Of a stretch of DNA of 32,000 nucleotides, positions 1 through 10,794 are shown piece by piece. Origin of the DNA: a cyanobacterium endosymbiont of Braarudosphaera bigelowii (GTDB lineage: Bacteria > Cyanobacteriota > Cyanobacteriia > Cyanobacteriales > Microcystaceae); NCBI RefSeq assembly GCF_020885515.1, contig NZ_AP024987.1, positions 870,001-902,000 of the forward strand, written 5' to 3'. The translations under genes were made by a program, and so were the position numbers. Position 1 is the first letter of the stretch. Each line of letters begins with the position of its first letter. The notes below the pieces were generated by a model that made no database searches, was not told where the DNA came from, and saw nothing but the letters and a program-made list of their open reading frames with translations.

Positions 1-1508
1 AAGAACGTCGTTATGATGTTCTTGAAAAAATAATAAAGCAACATAAAAATATTCAAAAACAAGTACATAAATTACAAGAAAAAATTAATATACTTAAACA
101 AAATATTAATTCGTTCATATTAAAAGATGCATCTCTAAAAAAAAAATTAGAGTACTCAGAAAAAATACAGCAAAATTTTTGTCAAATTGAAGTGCACTTA
201 AATAAGTTAGGAGAGATGAAAGATAAACTTAAGTATATAGTAAAAGAAAAAGTAAAAATTACAAAACTGATTAAAACTGAATCTTTTGATTCAGTTTTGC
301 AAGATAAGTTAAAGACTCTTGAAAAGAAATTAACAGAGCTCAACTATACAGAAGAAAATCATATATTAGTGAGAAACAAAGCTAATAAATGGCGTTGGGC
401 TGAAATTAAAAACTCTAAAGTTAATGACTTACTTCATAGACAAAAACAAATTTTTGAACAAAAGTCTAATCTAATTCAACTTATTAATCAATTAGTAAAA
501 CAAAAGGAAAAGCTAGATAATGTTTCAAGTTTAAAGAGAGAAATTAATATAATCAAAAGGAAACTAAAGGTATTAAACTATGATAAATCAATTCATGATA
601 AGGTTTCTAGTTATATTCGTATTTCTCAAAATTGTATTGTTGATTATGAGAAACTACAAAATGCAAACAAGTCTTATTTTTCATTACAACAATATTTAAA
701 AGTTGCAGAAGATAGATTAAAGAATAGCTATGAAAAACAAAATAGTGTTATAAAGATTGAAAACCAATTGTCTGAGAGACTAAACCTTACCAAAAACTAC
801 AACCAGCAGATAACCAAACTCACAATAATTTTCAAAATACAAAGACAACATTTAGATAAATTGTTTGAAAAGCAAGGTAGATCTGAACAAGCAATATCCG
901 AACTTAAGATATTGCAAAATGAAAGAAGAGATTTACAGGTATTACATAATAATATTTGTAAACAGTATCGTATATATTCAGAGTTGACTAAATCTTTTAG
1001 TAAAAATGGTATTCAACTATTAATAATTGAAAATGTCTTACCTCAATTAGAAGCAGAAACAAATAAAATTCTTACACGCTTAACCGGAAATGAGCTACGT
1101 ATTCAATTTATTACTCAAAGATTAGGAAAAGGTACTACCATTCGCAAAAAATCCGCAAAATTAATTGATACATTAGATATTCTTATTGCTGATACAGAAG
1201 GAACTCGTGTGTATGAAACATATTCAGGAGGAGAAGCTTTTAGAATAAATTTTTCTGTACGTTTAGCTTTAGCTAAACTACTAGCACAAAGAGCAGGAGC
1301 ATCATTAGAAATGTTAATAATTGATGAAGGTTTTGGTACCCAGGATGCTGAAGGCTGTGAACGTTTAATTGCAGCAATCAATAGCATAGCCTCTGATTTT
1401 TCTTGCATATTAATAGTGACACATATGCCCCAGTTTCAAGAAGCTTTTCAACATCGCATAGAAATTAGTAAGACTAACCAGGGCTCACAAATAAGTATAG
1501 TAAACTAG
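1..1508 (+). CDS. sbcC: SbcC/Rad50-like SMC-family ATPase, C-terminal part (5' end outside window)
   Basis: The frame of the listed ORF (192..1508, GTG start) is open back to the window edge, so the start lies upstream. Long coiled coil, then ABC signature and Walker B: YSGGEAFRINFSVRLALAKLL...LEMLIIDEGFGTQDAEGCERL, ending with ILIVTHMPQFQEAF. Confidence 0.85.
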   Translation, partial: ERRYDVLEKIIKQHKNIQKQVHKLQEKINILKQNINSFILKDASLKKKLEYSEKIQQNFCQIEVHLNKLGEMKDKLKYIVKEKVKITKLIKTESFDSVLQDKLKTLEKKLTELNYTEENHILVRNKANKWRWAEIKNSKVNDLLHRQKQIFEQKSNLIQLINQLVKQKEKLDNVSSLKREINIIKRKLKVLNYDKSIHDKVSSYIRISQNCIVDYEKLQNANKSYFSLQQYLKVAEDRLKNSYEKQNSVIKIENQLSERLNLTKNYNQQITKLTIIFKIQRQHLDKLFEKQGRSEQAISELKILQNERRDLQVLHNNICKQYRIYSELTKSFSKNGIQLLIIENVLPQLEAETNKILTRLTGNELRIQFITQRLGKGTTIRKKSAKLIDTLDILIADTEGTRVYETYSGGEAFRINFSVRLALAKLLAQRAGASLEMLIIDEGFGTQDAEGCERLIAAINSIASDFSCILIVTHMPQFQEAFQHRIEISKTNQGSQISIVN

Positions 1509-1689
1509 TATATGTTATATAATTTTCTATTTTTTTTATATTTAATTTGTATAAAATTGAATATATGTGTAAATAAAAACTTTATTAACTAATAAAAATT
1601 AATTACTTTGAGAGACGATACCAGTTTGTATTTATAGAATCAAAAGAAACTTTTATAAATCATGTTCTTGAGAAGAAAAGTATAGAATA

Positions 1690-3024
1690 TTAAAAGTAAT
1701 TAGAGTTTGCTTGGATATTTAAAAACTTAGTTAATTCTGCTTGAAAAAGTAGTTGAATAGTTCCTGTAGGACCATTACGATGCTTAGTTAAAATAATTTC
1801 AGTAATTCCTTTATCTATAGTGTCAGGATTATAGTATTCATCTCGATATAACATCATAATAAGATCAGCATCTTGTTCAATAGAACCGCTTTCTCTTAAG
1901 TCAGACATCATAGGACGTTTATTATTTCTAGCTTCAACTGCCCTACTTAACTGTGATAAAGCAATAACGGGAGCTTTTATTTCACGCGCTAAACCTTTTA
2001 GAGAACGTGTCATTTTTGATAATTCTTGAACCCGATTATCTTTTTCTGCTCCTTCCATTAGTTGTAAATAATCAATTAAAACTAATCCAAAATCTCCTTT
2101 TTTTTCTGCTAGTAATCGACGCACTTGAGAACGTACTTGCATAACAGTAACATTTGCAGAATCATCAATATAAATTGGTAGATTGGATAAAGTACCAATT
2201 GCAGTACTTATCTTACTGTAATCATCTTGAACGAATCTTCCTGAACGTAAACGATTACTTTCAATTCCTGCTTCCGATGCTAACAAACGCATAGAAAGTT
2301 GCTCTTTTGACATTTCTAAACTAAATATAGCTACTGGTAAATTAAAATTTTTAGCAACATGTGCTGCCAATCCTAATCCAAAAGCAGTTTTCCCCATAGA
2401 TGGTCTTCCAGCAATGATAATTAGATCTGAACGTTGTAATCCTCCGGTCATAGCATCTAAATCATAAAAGCCTGTCTCTATTCCAGGAATAGTAGTTTGA
2501 TTATGTAATTTTTCTAATTCATTAAAAGTCTGAATAATTGTTTCTGAAATTGGAACCAAGCCTCCTTGCGGTCTCTTCTGAGTTAAACCAAATATTTTTT
2601 TTTCTGATTCATCCAAGACAATTTCCAAATCCCTTGTTATTTCAAATCCCAAGTCAACAATCTCGTGACCAGAACTAATCAATTGGCGACGTAGATATTT
2701 ATCCATCACTAATGTTGCATATCGATCAATATTGACAGCAGAAACCGTCCTATCAAGTAATTGAGTTAGCTTATCTATTCCACCCACTTTTTCTAATAAT
2801 GAATGATCTTCTAAAACACTTCTGACTGTCAAAAAATCAGTGGGCTTTCCCTGACTATGTAATTTTAATACAGCTTCATAAATTTCTTGATGTGATCTTA
2901 CGTAAAACGATTCTGGAGTTATTAAATCTACAACTCTTCCAATAGCTTCAGGATCGAGTAAGATCCCACCTAGAATAGATTCTTCAGCTTCGATATTTTG
3001 AGGAGGAATATTATTATTAATCAT
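1690..3024 (-). CDS. dnaB: Replicative DNA helicase DnaB, intein-free
   Basis: 444 aa. IPPQNIEAEESILGGILLDPEAI N-terminus; Walker A GRPSMGKTAFGLG; VLIDYLQLMEG; LSQLSRAVEARNNKRPMMSDLRESGSIEQDAD. Confidence 0.97.
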   Translation of the reverse strand: MINNNIPPQNIEAEESILGGILLDPEAIGRVVDLITPESFYVRSHQEIYEAVLKLHSQGKPTDFLTVRSVLEDHSLLEKVGGIDKLTQLLDRTVSAVNIDRYATLVMDKYLRRQLISSGHEIVDLGFEITRDLEIVLDESEKKIFGLTQKRPQGGLVPISETIIQTFNELEKLHNQTTIPGIETGFYDLDAMTGGLQRSDLIIIAGRPSMGKTAFGLGLAAHVAKNFNLPVAIFSLEMSKEQLSMRLLASEAGIESNRLRSGRFVQDDYSKISTAIGTLSNLPIYIDDSANVTVMQVRSQVRRLLAEKKGDFGLVLIDYLQLMEGAEKDNRVQELSKMTRSLKGLAREIKAPVIALSQLSRAVEARNNKRPMMSDLRESGSIEQDADLIMMLYRDEYYNPDTIDKGITEIILTKHRNGPTGTIQLLFQAELTKFLNIQANSNYF

Positions 3025-3470
3025 AATGAATAAAAATATGAGCGAGTTAATTTTGTTTTAATTAAGTTACTTAGATATAAATCTCAAATAGTTAGCGTCA
3101 AAACTTAATTCCCTAAACTGATTGAATAGAAAAATAGAGATTGATATTGCTCAAATATAGTCTGAATTAAATGCTAATATAATTGATTTTAAGCGTAAGA
3201 TTACGAAATCTAATTATAAGAAGCCAAAAACTTAATAACAAAAAATTTAAAAATGTAATATTTTAATTAATACAATAAAGATAGAATTATAAATAACATT
3301 TTAGTGGATCCTTACAAACAAAAAAGCTATTTTAGGAATAAATTGTCATAATACTAGTAAAATTAGCCTTTTTGATAAAAATAGTTTTTATAGTTACTAT
3401 CATCTATTTATAAGATAACAGTTTTATCGGAACAATCTACTTCAAAGAATCACAGAATATTTTTTAATAC

Positions 3471-3501
3471 TTAATTATGAAATGTAGTATTTCATAATTA
3501 A
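3471..3501. terminator. Candidate hairpin downstream of the UbiB-like gene
   Basis: Perfect ttaattatgaaat-gtagt-atttcataattaa (13-bp stem), 36 nt past the stop of the - strand gene at 3538. Confidence 0.55.
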
Positions 3502-3537
3502 AATCTATATTTAAGAAATTATTCCAGAAGACTTTTT

Positions 3538-5472
3538 TTATTTGGATTGATTTATTTCTAATAACAAATTACGAACTAAACGGGCCATCATTTTATGTGC
3601 TAATCCATCAAGAATTTTTACTCCCATTTGTTGAGTTTCTCTTTTTGCTATTAACTTAATTAATAATGAAGATAAATGCATAGGCTCAAAACCAGGCAAA
3701 TCATTTAAAATTATCAAAATGTTTTTTAGATGCTTTAAACTATTATCTTCTTTAGGCTCTCTGATGCTATTTTCTCTAGTCAAGCCTATTTGTTTTCGAA
3801 TTGTTATAGATAATTTAAACCAAATTTGACGGCCGAAAATATCAACAGAATCAATAACCTCATTAATTAATTGTTCTCGGATAAATTCTCCTTGTGGAGA
3901 AAAAATAAAATCTGCAATTTGGTCAAATACTATATCAATATCGTAACTTTGAAAATTTTGTGCATTTATCATCAAACTCTCTAATCTATTCCAACGCAAA
4001 TTTCCCTTTTTAAATAATAGATCTGTTAAAGATCTTCTTAATTCAGGTGAAGAATCAGTTAGAAGACGTTTAGCAACATACGAATATGCTTTACTTAACA
4101 CTTTAAAATTAGGATCAATTCCAATTGCAATACCTTCCAGAGTTACCATTGATCTTAAAATTAATGCATAATAAGCAGGAACTTTAAAAGGGAACTCGTA
4201 CATTATGCTTGACATCTGATCAGTAATATTTTTGAAATTCAATTCAGCTACACTTGAACCCAAAGCATTGTTAAAGATTTCTTTTAAAGCAACTGTAATG
4301 GGAGTTAAATCCGTTTCAGGTTCTAAGAATCCTAACTTTACATAATCATAAGCTAAAGCATCAAAATCTCTATTAACTAAGTGAATAACTGCTTCTATAA
4401 AACCATATCTTTGATAACTTTCAATACGACTCATCATTCCGAAATCAAGATAAGCTAACTTACCGTCTTTCATTGCTAACAAATTACCAGGATGAGGATC
4501 TGCATGAAAAAGACCATATTCTAGCAATTGACATAAAGAGCAATGAACCCCTATCTCTACTAAATGTGTTGCCTCAATTCCTTGAGCTTGAATTTTTTCT
4601 ATATTAGTAAGTTTCGTGCCTTCAATCCACTCCATTGTCAATACTCTTCTGGCTGTATATTCCCAATAAATTTTGGGAACATAAATTTCTGGTAAATGAC
4701 TATAATGTTTAGCAAATTCTTCAGCGTTATTTCCTTCTTTAACATAATCAATTTCTTCAAAAATACGTTCAGCTAGCTCATCTGTAATAGCTACCAAGTC
4801 GGAATGAATAAAAGAAAAATTATTTTGTAACCAATGAGAAATATATCGGAGAATATAAATATCTAGCGTAATACATTCAAGTAAGCCAGGTCTCTGTACT
4901 TTAATTGCGACCTGTTCTCCTGTCTTTAATTTTCCTTTATATACTTGTCCTAACGAAGCTGCAGCAATAGGGTTTTCTGATAATTCTTTATAGATTGATT
5001 GAGCACTACAACCTAACTCTTCTTGTATAAAGCGATAAGCTATTTCGTTTGGAAAAGATGGTAGTTTATCTTGTAAAAGAGTTAATTCATTTAAATAGAC
5101 TGGAGGAACTAAATCAGGTCGAGTAGATAAGGCTTGTCCAATCTTAATATAAGTTGGTCCTAATTCAGTTAAGATCTTCCTCAAATGAATTGCTTGGTTA
5201 GCATCTTCTTTAATATTTTTACCTATTAATCTACTCCACCATAATTTAAAAATGAAAGAAGAAAAACAAGAAAAAATACGAATTAAACGGTTAGCAACTT
5301 TAAAAATGTGCTTGCGATAATACTTATTAATTTCATTTGGATTATATTGATAGTTATTTTCAATATAATTATCTACATTTTCTGTATTTTTTTTAAATGG
5401 ATGATTAGAGTTGATATTGATATTGGCTGTATTAAAATTCAAGTTCTCTAGAAAAAGAATTGAATGAGGCAT
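3538..5472 (-). CDS. ABC1/UbiB (AarF) family atypical kinase-like protein
   Basis: 644 aa. LRKILTELGPTYIKIGQALSTRPDL (KxGQ motif); AAASLGQVYKG; VAIKVQRPG; HADPHPGNLLAMKDGKLAYLDFGMM. Confidence 0.93.
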   Translation of the reverse strand: MPHSILFLENLNFNTANININSNHPFKKNTENVDNYIENNYQYNPNEINKYYRKHIFKVANRLIRIFSCFSSFIFKLWWSRLIGKNIKEDANQAIHLRKILTELGPTYIKIGQALSTRPDLVPPVYLNELTLLQDKLPSFPNEIAYRFIQEELGCSAQSIYKELSENPIAAASLGQVYKGKLKTGEQVAIKVQRPGLLECITLDIYILRYISHWLQNNFSFIHSDLVAITDELAERIFEEIDYVKEGNNAEEFAKHYSHLPEIYVPKIYWEYTARRVLTMEWIEGTKLTNIEKIQAQGIEATHLVEIGVHCSLCQLLEYGLFHADPHPGNLLAMKDGKLAYLDFGMMSRIESYQRYGFIEAVIHLVNRDFDALAYDYVKLGFLEPETDLTPITVALKEIFNNALGSSVAELNFKNITDQMSSIMYEFPFKVPAYYALILRSMVTLEGIAIGIDPNFKVLSKAYSYVAKRLLTDSSPELRRSLTDLLFKKGNLRWNRLESLMINAQNFQSYDIDIVFDQIADFIFSPQGEFIREQLINEVIDSVDIFGRQIWFKLSITIRKQIGLTRENSIREPKEDNSLKHLKNILIILNDLPGFEPMHLSSLLIKLIAKRETQQMGVKILDGLAHKMMARLVRNLLLEINQSK

Positions 5473-5705
5473 AAGATCTATCTCACGAAATTAGAGGAAT
5501 CATTACGTAAACTATTGTAACAACTTTTGTTTATTGATTAAAACTATTAACAAAGCTTAATCTGTTAAGTATTTCAATTTTTATATAAATAGTTAAGAAT
5601 TATAGTTATGTGAATTGATGAATGTACATAAATTTCTTAAATCAAAACCATAAGAAGAAGTATAAATTTTCTATCAATTTTGAAGAATTATTTTTAATCT
5701 AATAA

Positions 5706-5733
5706 TTAATATTACTATTATTAGTAATATTAA
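5706..5733. repeat. Perfect short inverted repeat, 12-bp arms
   Basis: ttaatattacta-ttat-tagtaatattaa, between divergent genes. AT-only apart from one C/G pair, so weak. Confidence 0.5.
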
Positions 5734-5852
5734 AATTATTTTCTGTATTATGAGGAGCAGATATACTTTATGGTTTTTAAAATTCCATAGCGATAATAAT
5801 TTTTATCATTTTTCTAAAAACTATTTTAATAATACATTACAACAAATAAAAA

Positions 5853-6344
5853 ATGTTCAAGTCAATATTATTACAAAGAAAAATTGCATCAATTATCTTT
5901 ATAGTTCTCTTACAATCGTTTGCTTTGAAGTATTCGCCAAAGATACTTGCTCAGCTTCCTTATATATCAAATTCTTCTAATATTAATACTATTGAGAATA
6001 GTCAACTAGAGAAGTTTGCTAAAGCTGTTAAAAGTTTACAAATGATCGATAGAATGACTCAATTAGAAATGCTTAAAGCAATAAAAGCTATAGAAATGTC
6101 TCCGGAAGAATTTATGAAGATCGGTCAGCAAGAAAAAAATAAGCGTAATCTTAATATGGAAAAACAAATTAAATTTGAAGAGACTCTTATTACTGTCAAG
6201 AGAATTAATCAAAAAGACCGTTTAGAAAAACGAGAAGCTATAAAAAATGCAGGATTGGAGGTTTCTCAATTCAACAGAATTGGGAAAATGGTTGAACAAA
6301 ACCCGGAACTTCAGAAAGTAGTTGTAAAGTTACTAGGTATTTAG
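5853..6344 (+). CDS. Probable secreted/periplasmic DUF4168-like protein
   Basis: 163 aa. Hydrophobic N-terminal signal-like segment, then a helical charged domain (EKFAKAVKSLQMIDRMTQLEML...FNRIGKMVEQNPELQKVV) resembling cyanobacterial DUF4168 proteins. Family assignment from recall. Confidence 0.6.
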   Translation: MFKSILLQRKIASIIFIVLLQSFALKYSPKILAQLPYISNSSNINTIENSQLEKFAKAVKSLQMIDRMTQLEMLKAIKAIEMSPEEFMKIGQQEKNKRNLNMEKQIKFEETLITVKRINQKDRLEKREAIKNAGLEVSQFNRIGKMVEQNPELQKVVVKLLGI

Positions 6345-6375
6345 AGCTACTTTGACAACTCTATGATTAAAGAGA

Positions 6376-6447
6376 TGGGTCGCCTGGGATTCGAACCCAA
6401 GACCATTCGGTTAAAAGCCGAGTGCTCTACCGCTGAGCTAGCGACCC
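6376..6447 (-). tRNA. tRNA-Lys (anticodon UUU)
   Basis: Reverse complement GGGTCGCTAGCTCAGCGGTAGAGCACTCGGCTTTTAACCGAATGGTCTTGGGTTCGAATCCCAGGCGACCCA folds as a cloverleaf. 3' CCA not encoded. Confidence 0.97.
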
Positions 6448-6910
6448 TATTGATTGTTTTTCATACCGTTATTAATAATAGCATAGTCTTTTATTAATAA
6501 CAACAGTTTTCAAAAAAAAACTTTATTTTACATACTGCTTGAAACTTATAAATCTCATACTATATAGATTCAAGGCCTTACATAGTAACTATACAAAACA
6601 CTAAATATAACATTAAAAAATAATTTTCGAATATCACAGCAGCATTCGTAACAAAAATTCAAAAATCCGGTTTTGTTTATTTTTGCTGATATAGTCATAA
6701 AAAGTTATGATAATTTATCAACAACAACGTTTTATAAACATTACCAATTTTTTAGGATAAATTGGCTTTGTTCTAATTTTATAGATTGATGGCCAATGTG
6801 TAGGAAATCAAGTTTTACTATTTTTATACACCAAGGAATTCAAAAAAATTCATAGGTGATCATAAACATAAAAATGAAAAGTTATAACTACTTCCGTTCA
6901 CTGAACAAGT

Positions 6911-7609
6911 CTATAAGTTAGCTAAATAAAAAGATACAAAGGCGCTTCCGATAGGAACTGTCATATTATCAATTCCAAAGCTGGAAAATACTTCGAGTGC
7001 TGTAGCGACTATAGAAGTAACTAAAGATATTATAAAGGTCCTTGAAAAGGGCTCTCCTACCAAAGAAAGAATTACACTACAAACAATAAAACTTATACCC
7101 ATCATCATTAAGGATCCTTCCCAGCTTTTATTAACATTGAATATTTGATAAGTGTGCTTTCCAAATTTCAGACCAACAATAGCCGCCATTCCGTCTCCCC
7201 AAGTCATTATTAAAATCCCAATTACTGCATATTGAAATCTTTCTTCATACCAAAAGCAATAGCTTAAAATACCAATGCTAAAAGCATAAAACAATGTTCC
7301 ATAGCTCAACCTGTTAATATCATTTATACTGGGAAAAAGATAAAAAGCATAAGAAACTAGAACTGCAAGAGTAGATAATATCGAACCTGTTATTAGAATC
7401 CATATAGGTAGTTGTAACTGCCATGCAAATATAATGATATTGCCAGAAGCAATATGAACAATTTTTCTAGTAATTTCTGTTTTTGTATCCCAAGAATGTT
7501 TTAAGATTTCAGCTATTGCAATAACAGCGGTTAAATAAAAAACAATTAAACAAATAGGAAGACGAAAAGAATATAAAGTACTAATTAGACAAAAAAACTG
7601 GAAAGACAA
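6911..7609 (-). CDS. Phytol/dolichol kinase-like (CTP-dependent) integral membrane protein
   Basis: 232 aa, multiple TM segments, with EITRKIVHIASGN, TWGDGMAAIVGLKFGKH and NKSWEGSLMM motifs of the VTE5/DGK family. Confidence 0.8.
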   Translation of the reverse strand: MSFQFFCLISTLYSFRLPICLIVFYLTAVIAIAEILKHSWDTKTEITRKIVHIASGNIIIFAWQLQLPIWILITGSILSTLAVLVSYAFYLFPSINDINRLSYGTLFYAFSIGILSYCFWYEERFQYAVIGILIMTWGDGMAAIVGLKFGKHTYQIFNVNKSWEGSLMMMGISFIVCSVILSLVGEPFSRTFIISLVTSIVATALEVFSSFGIDNMTVPIGSAFVSFYLANL

Positions 7610-7866
7610 GATGATATTAAATTAACTTTTTATTTCTCATATATTATAGCTAATCCAAGTAAAATATCGTAATTTTAGTAAATTTCACTACTCATGTACT
7701 CATAGAACAAAAATAATACTATTAGAGTGTCTGTCGGCATATATAAAAATAATTTTAAATCTAAAAAAATTAGCCGGCAATGTAATTTGTGACTGTATTA
7801 ATGGCTTAGAACTAAAAAAATAAAAAAACTCGTATAGAGTTTTAACTCTGAATGATAGTTACTAAT

Positions 7867-8451
7867 TCAATTGACAAAAATACAAGTATTATTAAGTGCT
7901 TGAAATAAAAGTCTTCTATATTCATTATTGTTTATTACATAAGAACCAAATCTTTCTAAATGATTATTTTGTAACTGGACATCAAATAATGTGAATTTTA
8001 CAGATCTTAAATGCTCTACTAGTTTAACCATAGCAACTTTAGAACCGTTTGGTACACGATAGAACATTGATTCTCCTATAAAAGCACTTCCAATAGTAAT
8101 TCCTAAAATCCCTCCAGCTAACTGATCTCCTTGCCAAGTTTCAAAACTGTGGGCAAAGCCATTTAAATGTAATTGATAATAGATTTGTATTAGTTCAGGA
8201 GTTATCCAAGTAGTTTCTCTTTCTGCACAAGCTTGACAAACTTCTAAAAATTTTTTGTTGATTGAAATTGAAAACTGCTGTTGATTCAGGGTACGTTGTA
8301 GAGACTTAGGATATCGAAAACGTTCATCTAAAGGGATTAAAGCTCTTTGGTAGCTTGAATACCAACTTAATACTTTGAACTCGTCACCCATTAGAAAATA
8401 CCCTTGAGTGTAACCTTTTATAATGGGCTCTAAGTTATTAATAGACTTCAT
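7867..8451 (-). CDS. aat: Leucyl/phenylalanyl-tRNA--protein transferase
   Basis: 194 aa. IIKGYTQGYFLM, WYSSYQRALIPL, TTWITPELIQIYYQLHLNGFAHSFETWQGDQLAGGILGITIGSAFIGESMFYRVPNGSKVAMVKL. Confidence 0.93.
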   Translation of the reverse strand: MKSINNLEPIIKGYTQGYFLMGDEFKVLSWYSSYQRALIPLDERFRYPKSLQRTLNQQQFSISINKKFLEVCQACAERETTWITPELIQIYYQLHLNGFAHSFETWQGDQLAGGILGITIGSAFIGESMFYRVPNGSKVAMVKLVEHLRSVKFTLFDVQLQNNHLERFGSYVINNNEYRRLLFQALNNTCIFVN

Positions 8452-8692
8452 CGTATACTTTTATATCTAAATCTATGGCATATGATGATCAAAGGGTTTC
8501 TGTTTTTAAGAAAAATTTTACAAACCAATAATATCGCGTCAAAGAACTAATAATATTAATTGATAGTAAATATACTAACAATAAATATTGTATAAAGAAG
8601 TAATTTGATTATTGAGTATAATGGGCTTCTTCAACATTTTATCTTAGTTAGATTAATTATAAATTAATCTAAAATATATACTCAATATCGAG

Positions 8693-8714
8693 AGGGTATA
8701 TTTTTTTATACCCT
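8693..8714 (-). terminator. Candidate hairpin downstream of rpsN
   Basis: agggtata-tttttt-tataccct inverted repeat (8-bp stem, 6-nt loop), 16 nt past the rpsN stop. No clear U tract. Confidence 0.4.
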
Positions 8715-8729
8715 TATATTCATTAAGGA

Positions 8730-9032
8730 TTACCAACTAGATTTAACTACTCCAGGTAATAGTCCTTCATGAGCCCATTCTCTTAATACGTTACGTGATA
8801 AACCAAAGTCTCTATAGTATCCTCTTGGACGACCAGTAAGCCAGCAACGATTGCGATGACGTGTAGGAGCACTATTACGAGGAAGGCGTTGAATTTGACG
8901 ATGAATTTCAATTTTCTCTTCATAATTTTCTGCATTATGAAAAGCTTCTTTCAAAGATGCTCTTTTCTCAGCATATTTTTCAATAAGACGCTCTCTCTTT
9001 TTTTCTCGTTGAATCATACTTTTTTTAGCCAT
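8730..9032 (-). CDS. rpsN: 30S ribosomal protein S14
   Basis: 100 aa. [20 protein letters not shown]..., [51 protein letters not shown]. Confidence 0.98.
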   Translation of the reverse strand: MAKKSMIQREKKRERLIEKYAEKRASLKEAFHNAENYEEKIEIHRQIQRLPRNSAPTRHRNRCWLTGRPRGYYRDFGLSRNVLREWAHEGLLPGVVKSSW

Positions 9033-9166
9033 AAAACCTTTAATGTAATTTTTCCATCTTAAAATGTACCGTTTCTAATATATCAAAAAATCACCAATAG
9101 AAAAGCTTATTCTTATTCTTTTGCTAAAAACTTTTCAGATTTTAACTTGTTTTAATGTAATCTTCA

Positions 9167-10474
9167 TTAAGCACTTAAAATATATGAAGAAATAACAATT
9201 TTCGATACGGGGATAATATGTTCTCGTAAAATTGAAAGAGCTTTAATGTACTGAGGATCTGCTTTAGTTCCTAATAAAGTTGGATCATTCTTTAAACGAA
9301 TTTGTTGTTCCATCGTCAAATCTAAATAGATATCTGGACTAATTCCCTTATAGTTAATATCTGCACCACTAGCGGGATAGTAACGAGCAATAGTAACTGC
9401 TAAGCCTGAACCATCAGATAATGAATGAACTGATTGTACAGTCCCTTTCCCATAGGTTGTAGTACCGATAACCGTAGCACGATTATTTTCTTTTAAAGCA
9501 CCAGTTAAAATCTCACTAGCACTTGCAGACCATTTATTAACTAAAATAACTAAAGGTAAACTTGTTAAAGACGTCCCATTGGCTGAAAAATGTTGATCCC
9601 CTCCTTTGCGGTCAACCGTACTGACAATTTTTCCTTCCTCGAGCCAGAGACGAGCAATATTAACACTAGCAAAAAGTAGACCACCAGGATTTCCTCGTAA
9701 ATCTAAAATAAATCCAGAAACTTTTTGTTTTCCAAGCTCATGGATCGCTTGCTTCATTTGCTCAGTTGCATGTGAACTAAATTCATCAAGTTTAATATAT
9801 CCTATACTGTGATGTTTCTCTTCTTGAAGGTGATAACTTACAGAAGCAATTTGTATTTGAGTACGTTCAAGGGTGACTTGAAAAATTCCTTTATCACGAC
9901 GTGATAGCTGTAAGCTAACCTCAGTTCCTAACTTTCCAAAGATTGCTTCTTGTGCCTGTTCAAGAGTCATTAATGCAGTTGGCTGGCCATTAATGCGAAT
10001 TAAACGATCACCACGTTTGAGGCCTGCCTTTATAGCAGGTGAACTCTTCATTGCTTCAACTACATATAATTCACTAGTTCTCCTATCAATTGCTAATCTA
10101 ATACCAATACCTGAAAGTTCTCCTGATGTTTGACTAGTAAGCATGGAAAACTCTTGAGGAGATAAAAATCGAGTATATGGATCCCCTAACTTTTTTAAAG
10201 ATTCATTAATAAATTTATATGCTTGTTTAGAATTCTTATATTTTTGAGACAATAATTCTTGTCGTTCTTCCTGCCAGTTAATTCGATTAAATTCTAAATC
10301 TACAAATTCATTATTTACAATCTGCCAAATTTCGTCTATGACAGCTTTAGGGTTATCTTCAGGAATATTGAAACTTAAGCCAGGAAAAATAATTGTCAAT
10401 GTAGATAATACTGCTATGGTTCCACTCCATAACAATGATTTATAATCATATAGTGATTTTATTGAATATTTCAT
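9167..10474 (-). CDS. Carboxyl-terminal processing protease (S41 family, PDZ domain)
   Basis: 435 aa. LGDPYTRFLSPQEF; PDZ segment GIGIRLAIDRRT..AGLKRGDRLIRING; catalytic NKWSASASEILTGALKENNRATVIGTTTYGKGTVQ. Which ctp paralogue cannot be decided here. Confidence 0.93.
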   Translation of the reverse strand: MKYSIKSLYDYKSLLWSGTIAVLSTLTIIFPGLSFNIPEDNPKAVIDEIWQIVNNEFVDLEFNRINWQEERQELLSQKYKNSKQAYKFINESLKKLGDPYTRFLSPQEFSMLTSQTSGELSGIGIRLAIDRRTSELYVVEAMKSSPAIKAGLKRGDRLIRINGQPTALMTLEQAQEAIFGKLGTEVSLQLSRRDKGIFQVTLERTQIQIASVSYHLQEEKHHSIGYIKLDEFSSHATEQMKQAIHELGKQKVSGFILDLRGNPGGLLFASVNIARLWLEEGKIVSTVDRKGGDQHFSANGTSLTSLPLVILVNKWSASASEILTGALKENNRATVIGTTTYGKGTVQSVHSLSDGSGLAVTIARYYPASGADINYKGISPDIYLDLTMEQQIRLKNDPTLLGTKADPQYIKALSILREHIIPVSKIVISSYILSA

Positions 10475-10687
10475 TTTATCGAAATTATTTACATAATATG
10501 AATTTGGTATTGAATAAAAATCAGATAAATTACTTATGTTGACTATTACATATGAGTAGATGATATCTAACTACTAATAATTTTGCAGTACATTTTTTAT
10601 TATGTTACATACTGTTTTTAGTAATTGAGTATAACCTCCGATATAAAATATCAAAAGGTTTATTACTATTTTATTGATTTTTTTATA

Positions 10688-10761
10688 TCGGGATGACAGG
10701 ATTCGAACCTGTGACATCCTGCTCCCAAAGCAGGCGCGCTACCAAGCTGCGCTACATCCCG
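10688..10761 (-). tRNA. tRNA-Pro (anticodon UGG)
   Basis: Reverse complement CGGGATGTAGCGCAGCTTGGTAGCGCGCCTGCTTTGGGAGCAGGATGTCACAGGTTCGAATCCTGTCATCCCGA. 3' CCA not encoded. Confidence 0.97.
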
Positions 10762-10794
10762 TAACGTTCACATTTACATTATAACTAATTTTTT

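Noticed and set aside
1115-1408. 97-aa - strand ORF
   Set aside because: Antisense to the conserved ATPase domain of sbcC.
1690-3024. Possible DnaB intein, common in cyanobacteria
   Set aside because: The helicase motifs are contiguous and the protein is of normal length (444 aa), so no intein is present.
5750-5980. 76-aa ORF on + strand
   Set aside because: Overlaps the start of the better-supported 163-aa ORF in another frame; its Phe/Asn/Tyr-rich composition is typical of AT-rich noise.
6468-6501. 11-bp inverted repeat gttattaataa ... ttattaataac upstream of tRNA-Lys
   Set aside because: Almost wholly A/T with a 12-nt loop; likely expected by chance at this composition.
8856-9062. 68-aa + strand ORF
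   Set aside because: Antisense to rpsN; a shadow of a conserved gene.
9606-9812. 68-aa + strand ORF
   Set aside because: Antisense to the S41 protease gene.
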